Of a stretch of 28,452 nucleotides of DNA, positions 22,138 to 28,452 are shown one piece after another. Below the pieces are notes generated by a model. That model made no database searches, was not told the DNA's origin, and saw only the letters and a list, made by a program, of their open reading frames with translations. Source of the stretch: Macrostomum lignano (taxonomy: Eukaryota). The position numbers and the translations under genes are program-made. Location: positions 1 through 28,452 of the forward strand of contig NIVC01005020.1 of the NCBI GenBank assembly GCA_002269645.1, given 5' to 3'. Within the stretch, counting starts at the first letter, position 1. Each line of letters opens with the position of its first letter.

Positions 22138-22320
22138 CTACGGCCCCAGAGTCTAGAAGCGCCCCAGAGTCGCAGACAATAAAAAGCTTTAATTGATCTT
22201 ATGTGACTCTGACGACTTTTAGCTTACCGAGACATCTCATCGTTTCAGTTGTCTAGAGTCACTTCTTTCCTAATTTAACTGTGTTACCTCTGCAACGACT
22301 CTGAATTATGACTGGCGCTT
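22138..22320 (-). repeat. Dispersed repeat, copy 2 (homologous to 11988-12185)
   Basis: See copy 1. It may extend further left, to about 21960. Confidence 0.8.
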
Positions 22321-22463
22321 TTTGGCCTAGGTACCATTTTCATTGGGAGAATCGCCCCCTAGCCTCTAAGCGAGCAAGAAGTGGCATACTCTATAAGTAT
22401 GATTTTATGATCGAGTTCGCAAACATGGTCAAGAGAAAATTAATTACTGCGATAAATTAATTA

Positions 22464-25400
22464 TTAAAAGTCAAGCGGTTTGGCTAGCGAGTCCAGCAGA
22501 TTCCTGTGCGTCAGCTCTATGCCCCGGCCGCTGCCGCTGGCGCCGCCCGTTGAAGCGGCTGTCTCCAGCAGCTCGGACTCGATGTCCGCCTTGGATTTGC
22601 CCTCGAACGTTGCCAAGCGTCGCACTAGAATTTCCCGATCTCTTAGCAGATTCGCGATTCGCTCGCGCATGTGGCGCATGTCCCGGTTGAACTGGCAGCT
22701 CTTGGCCCTGATGGCCTGGTCTACGCTCTCCAGCTGTGAGCTGATGCTGCACTCCAGGTCTGTCTGCACAGCGATATTGTTCAATAGCATCATTGCGGCT
22801 GCGTCCTGCTGCTGTTGCTGATGATGCTGATGGTCGTGCAGTCGGGTCTCCTCCGAGTGATCGGCTCCCAGCGACATGAGCAGACTGTCCCTGTCGCTGG
22901 TGTACTTTTGCAGCCTGCGCGAGCGATTTATGTTGATGGAAATTGTGAAATTATGCGATTCACACTGTAGCGATGGTATGGCTTATTCGAAAGCATGGCT
23001 CAAGTATTGAAACTTCTTTAAGGCAGCTAAGTTTAATTTTTTGGGTTCCAATTATACGAGTATCCAACAGCCCCAGAAGCCAATCAAGAAGAAATCTCAA
23101 CTTAATCAGAGAATGGCATCAAGTCTCACAGCTTAATCAGAGAAATGCATCAAGTCTCACAGCTTAATCAGAGAAAGGCATCAAGTCTCACAGCTTAATC
23201 AGAGAATGGCAATGAAATCTCACAGCTTAATCAGAGAAATGCATCAAGTCTCACAGCTTAATCAGAGAAATGCATCAAGTCTCACAGCTTAATCAGAGAA
23301 AGGCATCAAGTCTCACAGCTTAATCAGAGAATGGCAATGAAATCTCACAGCTTAATCAGAGAATGGCAATAAAATCTCACAGCTTAATCAGAGAATGGCA
23401 ATGAAATCTCACAGCTTAATCAGAGAATGGCAATGAAATCTCACAGCTTAATCAGAGAATGGCAATGAAATCTCACAGCTTAATCAGAGAATGGCAATGA
23501 AATCTCACAGCTTAATCAGAGAATGGCACTGAAGTCTCACAGCTTAATCAGAGAATGGCACTGAAGTCTCACAGCTTAATCAGAGAATGGCAATGAAATC
23601 TCACAGCTTAATCAGAGAATGGCAATGAAATCTCACAGCTTAATCAGAGAATGGCAATGAAATCTCACAGCTTAATCAGAGAATGGCACTGAAGTCTCAC
23701 AGCTTAATCAGAGAATGGCACTGAAGTCTCACAGCTTAATCAGAGAATGGCATCGAACCTCAGCTGCATGAGTGTCACACAGAAGTCCCACAGTTTAGTG
23801 ATAGAATTGCACCAAAATGTGGGCCACAAATTTGCACCCAAGTCTCGGCACGTGTCTTAAATTGCAATTATCATCTCGAATTATCCGGCCAAAGCAGCCG
23901 CTTTGGCTTTGACTTGTCCGAAAGAAAATTTCTAACCGCAGCGCTGATCTGCTCGAAACTTACAGATTTCAATTTTCCCCTCGAACTTCCCTTCTCCCCC
24001 TGTCCAGTACTTTCCCAGCTTCGCAGTCGCAGCCTCATCAGAGACCATTAGGAAACCGGGCAATCCAATTCCACGAATCGCTACTGGGAGCTTGCTAAAT
24101 GTGGGATTTACTTCCTCAGCAGCTTGGCTGAAAAGTCAATTCCACTTTTATTTGTGTTTTTCTGTTACAAAATTCTAGCCTGGGTTTTTTGAACCGTTTT
24201 TTATTTCACATTAGTGATGTTTCGCTGACAAATTAGTATCTATATACGTAAATGGGAAGAGGGAAGGGAGGGGAGATGAGAAACGGAGGCATAGGAGATG
24301 GGTGAGAAATAGTAGATGAGAAACGGGGGGAGCAATGTGTAGAAGGAGGGAGAGATTTGTAGAAGGGAGAAATGTGTAGAGGTAGAGGAGGGAAGGGGAG
24401 AGATGTTTGGAAGAAGGGAGATGAGGTGTGTAGAAGAAGGGAGAGGAGGTGTGTAGAAGAAGGGAGATGAGGTGTGTAGAAGAAGGGAGATGAGGTGTGT
24501 AGAAGGGAGAAGAGATGTGCAGAAGAAGGGAGAGGAGATGTACAGAACAAGGGAGAAGAGATGTGTAGAAGAAGGGAGAGGAGATGTGCAGAAGGGAGAA
24601 GATGTGTAGAGGGAGGGAGAGGAGATGTGAGATGGGGAGAGAGTTGACGTTAAGAGAAGTGGTCAAGTATGAGAAGTGGAGACAGTGATAAATGAGACAT
24701 CCAAGAGGTTACAGTGCAGGGCATAACAGAGGCATAAGAGACGAAGTGTAGAGTGGCTGCGGAGGTATCGATATGCTTTGCAGTGTAGTGTTTGGAAAGC
24801 AGCAGCTCCTGAACATGAGAGTAGAAATTCTCTGACTCTGAAGAGGCCCATCAATGGCCAAGTTGCACTCGCCTAGCTGGCGCTGCCCGTCAACTTGACA
24901 GGCTATAATTCGAAAGAAAACATTGCTGTCACAACAACTGCTGCCACTCACCTGAGCGCCACAGGCAGCGCGTCGCGATTGCACCGCCGCCTCTCCTGCG
25001 CCTCCCGGTAGCGGACCAGGTGGCGGTAGACCCTCTGCAAGGCGTTTGGGGGAAAGAGTTGCTAGGGCCCTGGCCATTCGGGGAAAACTAGCTCGAGAAC
25101 TAACTCATATACACTTGTGCCAAGAAGGGAGCTACCCAGAAATCACCCTGGCAGAGTTCCCTAATGGAACCGCCTAATGGAATCATCTAATAGAATTTTC
25201 TAGTGTAACCCCATTTGGAATTTCCCTAGTGAAATCCCCTAGTGGAACCCCCCTTGTAGAACCCCTAGTGGAACCCCCTTGTAGAATCCCCTAGTGGAAC
25301 TCCCTTGTAGAACCCCCTTGTGGAATCCCCCTTGTAGAATCCCCTAGTGGAACCCCCTTGTAGAATCCCCTAGTGGAACCCCCTTGTAGAATCCCCTAGT

Positions 25401-27100
25401 GGAACCGTTTAGTGGAGCCCGCTAGTGGAACCCCCTTGTAGAATCCCCTAGTGGAACCCCCTTGTAGAATCCCCTAGTGGAACCCCCTTGTAGAATCCCG
25501 GCCCTAGTGGAACCGTTTAGTGGAACCCGCTAGTGTAACCCCCTATAGTGGAACCCCCTAGTGAAATCCCCCTTGTAGAACCCTCTACTGGAATTCCACG
25601 GAATCCCCCTAGCGGAATTCCCCAAGGGAATCTCCAGAGAGCCGTAGGCAAGATAGACATTTTCATTCCGCGTCTTTGTCATGAAGCTATCTAAATCGTG
25701 TTTTCACCGTTTCACCGTGTTTCAAGAGTCAAATCAAGGGTGTCTGCTTATTTAGAAAAATCCTCTCTACATAAAAAATGCTGAGGTTCGAGGATCCACA
25801 TGGCAGATAGAAGGAAGTACGTGGTGGAAAATTGTTAACTGAAAAAAATCCGTTGGCTAATAGATCATTTATAGGAAATCGGAATTGAGCTATTAGCTAT
25901 GAAAATGCATCAGGGATCCGGGAAATGTTGAGTTTTATAAGCATTGGCTGAAGTTTTTGGACCGTTTTTCATCGTTTTTTTTGCTTTACCAAATTCAAAT
26001 TTTAATTATTAGCTATTCGAGCTTTGATTTTTTCACATAATCTATCTCTTACTTTTTGTATTCATTTTTATTGTAATATTCTGTTACACTACTACATTAC
26101 CTGTAGCAAAATGCCAGAAAGTTAAACATAGGGCTGCTACAACACAATTAGATTGCATGCTGTCACAGATATCTTCAATCACACCTTCGGATCGTGCAAT
26201 TATTTTCCAGGACTGGTCCGCCAGCTTGCTGCTTCACCAGACCATCGCTACTCAATTTACCTCTCCCTCTCCCTCTCCCGCTCCCTCTCCCTACCTGTCT
26301 CTCCCGCTCCCTCTCCCGCTCTCTCTCCCAAGCTCCCTCTCCCGCTCCTCTCCCTCTCCCTCTCCCTCTCCCAAGCTCCCTCTCCCAAGCTCCCTCTCCC
26401 GCTCTCTCTCCCAAGCTCCCTCTCCCGCTCCCTCTCCCTCTCCCTCTCCTCTCCCAAGCTCCCTCTCCCAAGCTCCCTCTCCCGCTCCCTCTCCCTCTCC
26501 CTCTCCCTCTCCCAAGCTCCCTCTCCGCTCCCTCTCCCTAGCTCCCTCTCCCTCTCCCGCTCCCTCTCCCAAGCTCCCTTTCTCGCTCCCTCTCCCTTTC
26601 CCTCTCCCTAGCTACCTCTCCATCTCCCTCTCCCTCTCCCTAGCTCCCTTTCTCGCTCCCTCTCCCTTTCCCTCTCCCTAGCTACCTCTCCATCTCCCTC
26701 TCTTTTTCCTCTCCCTAGTCCCCACCCTCCCTCTTCCACTGTCTCTCCGTAGCCCTATCTATCGCTCGATTGGTTTATCTCTGACGCATCTAAGAAAATC
26801 CATCAAGCAAAAGAAAATGGATAAAGAAAGTAAATTTTGACTCCAGATTTGGCAACATCTCTCACCCCCCCCCCAGGGAAAGTGCATGCGAAGTGCTAAA
26901 TCAGGATGACCCAGAGCTGACCCTCCACGAACCTGGCTGATTGGCAGGCAGCAGGCGGGTTCACCCTGACCTTGCGCAGCAGGGGGAACAGGGCAAAGTA
27001 CAGCAGGAACTCCGCGGCTGCTGTGGCACCAGACAGCAGAACTCCGAAGCAGAAGAGCAGCAGCGGACCCGAAGTTGGTGGGCGTAAGGCGGACTTTATT
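22464..27100 (-). CDS. Last three exons of an unidentified membrane protein with a C-terminal coiled coil (5' part unresolved)
   Basis: Exons are 27100-26971 (GCAG|A ATA...CGC AAG|GTCAGG), 25034-24952 (TTGCAG|AGG GTC...CTC AG|GTGAGT) and 22914-22464 (GCGCAG|G CTG...TAA). The phases are mutually compatible and give [88 protein letters not shown]...[26 protein letters not shown]...PLDF*. Confidence 0.7.
23097..23752. repeat. 31/32-bp minisatellite (TCTCACAGCTTAATCAGAGAATGGCAATGAAA), about 21 copies, intronic
   Basis: Direct tandem periodicity with several unit variants. Confidence 0.97.
24255..24670. repeat. Polypurine (GA-rich) low-complexity tract with degenerate GAAGAAGGGAGATGAGGTGTGTA units
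   Basis: The plus strand is mostly G/A. This is the source of the spurious 24211-24666 ORFs. Confidence 0.9.
25195..25620. repeat. About 26-bp minisatellite (AACCCCCTTGTAGAATCCCCTAGTGG) with degenerate flanks, intronic
   Basis: Tandem periodicity is clearest at 25240-25500. Confidence 0.9.
26259..26745. repeat. Polypyrimidine (CCCTCT/CCCAAGCT) low-complexity tract, intronic
   Basis: The plus strand is mostly C/T. This is the source of the Pro/Ser/Leu and Gly/Glu/Arg spurious ORFs. Confidence 0.92.
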
Positions 27101-27124
27101 CTGCGGGTGGTTGAGGGGGTGGGT

Positions 27125-27975
27125 TCCAGCACATCCCCTCACCGACTCCAGCACATTCCCTCACCGACTCCAGCACATCCCCTCACCGACTCCAGCACAT
27201 CCCTCACCGACTCCAGCACATTCCCTCACCGACTCCAGCACATCCCCTCACCGACTCCAGCACATTCCCTCACCGACTCCAGCACATTCCCTCACCGACT
27301 CCAGCACATCCCCTCTGTGACTCCAGCACATTCCCTCACCGACTACAGCACATCACCTCACCGACTCCAGCACATTCCCTCACCGACTCCAGCACATCCC
27401 CTCACCGACTCCAGCACATCCCCTCTGTGACTCCAGCACATTCCCTCACCGACTACAGCACATCACCTCACCGACTCCAGCACATTCCCTCACCGACTCC
27501 AGCACATCCCCTCACCGACTCCAGCACATCCCCTCTGTGACTCCAGCACATTCCCTCACCGACTACAGCACATCACCTCACCGACTCCAGCACATTCCCT
27601 CACCGACTCCAGCACATTCCCTCACCGACTCCAGCACATTCCCTCACCGACTCCAGTACATCCCCTCACCGACTCCAGCACACTCCCTCTGTGACTCCAG
27701 CACATTCCCTCACCGACTCCAGCACATTCCCTCACCGACTCCAGCACATTCCCTCACCGACTCCAGCACACTCCCTCTGTGACTCCAGAACATCCCCTCA
27801 CCGACTCCAGCACATTCTCACTGTGACTCCAGCACATTCTCTCTGTGACTCCAGCACATTACCTCACCTTCTCCAGCACATTCTCACTGTGACTCCAGCA
27901 CATTCTCACTGTGACTCCAGCACATTCCCTCACCTTCTCCAGCACATTCTCACTGTGACTCCAGCACATTCTCAC
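27125..27975. repeat. 21-23-bp minisatellite (CCCTCACCGACTCCAGCACATT), about 38 copies
   Basis: Direct tandem periodicity. The CTGTGACTCC variant becomes more common toward the right end. Confidence 0.97.
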
Positions 27976-28452
27976 TGCAAGCCGAAGCACAGTTACTCGG
28001 AATATTCAAGGTCGAGTTTCAAGCAGCCGGTTGAGCACACAGAGAAGCACCAGCGGTCCGCCGGCAGCTGACCAGCTCCAACTCCTCATAACCTGTCGCT
28101 CTCGGTAAACAAAGCAAGGCCCAGCAAACACAGCGACTGCAGCTCAAGTCTCTCCCATGATGCCCCAGCCTCGGGCCCGCGACTGCTGGGCGGCAAACTT
28201 CAGGAATTTCGTCGGCCCCTTCCCCCCGCCGCCAGCTGTCGAGGCTGCTGAAGAACTTTCAGTTTAACAGCACGCCAGAAGAAGAGGGCCAGCGGACTCG
28301 GGAAATATGTGTTTGCCCATCATCCGCCTCTTCCTCTGGAACATCCCCTGCTCGCTTCATTCTCTCTCTCTCTGTGTTCGTGTGTGCCTAAGCTAGTAGC
28401 TAGCAGAGCCGGGCTTCCTGAGCAGCAATCTGACGAACATATGACAGTTGAA

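Noticed and set aside
6775-27975. Tandem arrays as CRISPR arrays
   Set aside because: Units are head-to-tail with no unique spacers, there are no cas genes, and the context is eukaryotic.
24211-28071. Pro/Ser/Leu-rich, Gly/Glu/Arg-rich and TPAHSLTDSS-repeat ORFs
   Set aside because: Translations of low-complexity tracts and the 22-bp minisatellite.
27990-28350. Upstream exon(s) of the membrane-protein gene
   Set aside because: The region is GC-rich and coding-like, with two phase-compatible candidate donors (GAC AG|GTTATG and TCC GA|GTAACT). Every frame has stops and no acceptor could be chosen, so it is left unresolved.

Overview
Eukaryotic (metazoan) genomic DNA with spliceosomal GT-AG introns, GC-rich exons and minisatellite-laden introns and intergenic DNA. 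The style resembles a free-living flatworm such as Macrostomum, but that is an unverified inference. No prokaryotic features, CRISPR array, rRNA or intact tRNA were found. Four co-oriented minus-strand genes occupy 1.2-13.1 kb, in transcription order: acid ceramidase paralog B (complete, 3 exons, 390 aa), U2 snRNP A' (2 exons, 257 aa), cofilin/ADF (2 exons, 141 aa) and acid ceramidase paralog A (partial in window, +1 frameshift in exon 2). Next come a decayed full-length mariner with a Foldback-like element inserted in its left TIR, an intronless plus-strand ZNF395/ZNF704-family C-clamp gene with no C2H2 finger, a 1.56-kb 24-bp satellite, and the last three exons of an unidentified minus-strand membrane protein with a C-terminal coiled coil that the ORF track does not assemble. 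The most interesting signals are exon-restricted homogenisation and active-site divergence between the two ceramidases, a sharply bounded 1.67-kb CpG desert over the mariner, the finger-less C-clamp protein, and a possible trans-spliced polycistronic cluster. All counts were made by eye and are approximate unless stated. Human residue numbers are recalled, not looked up.
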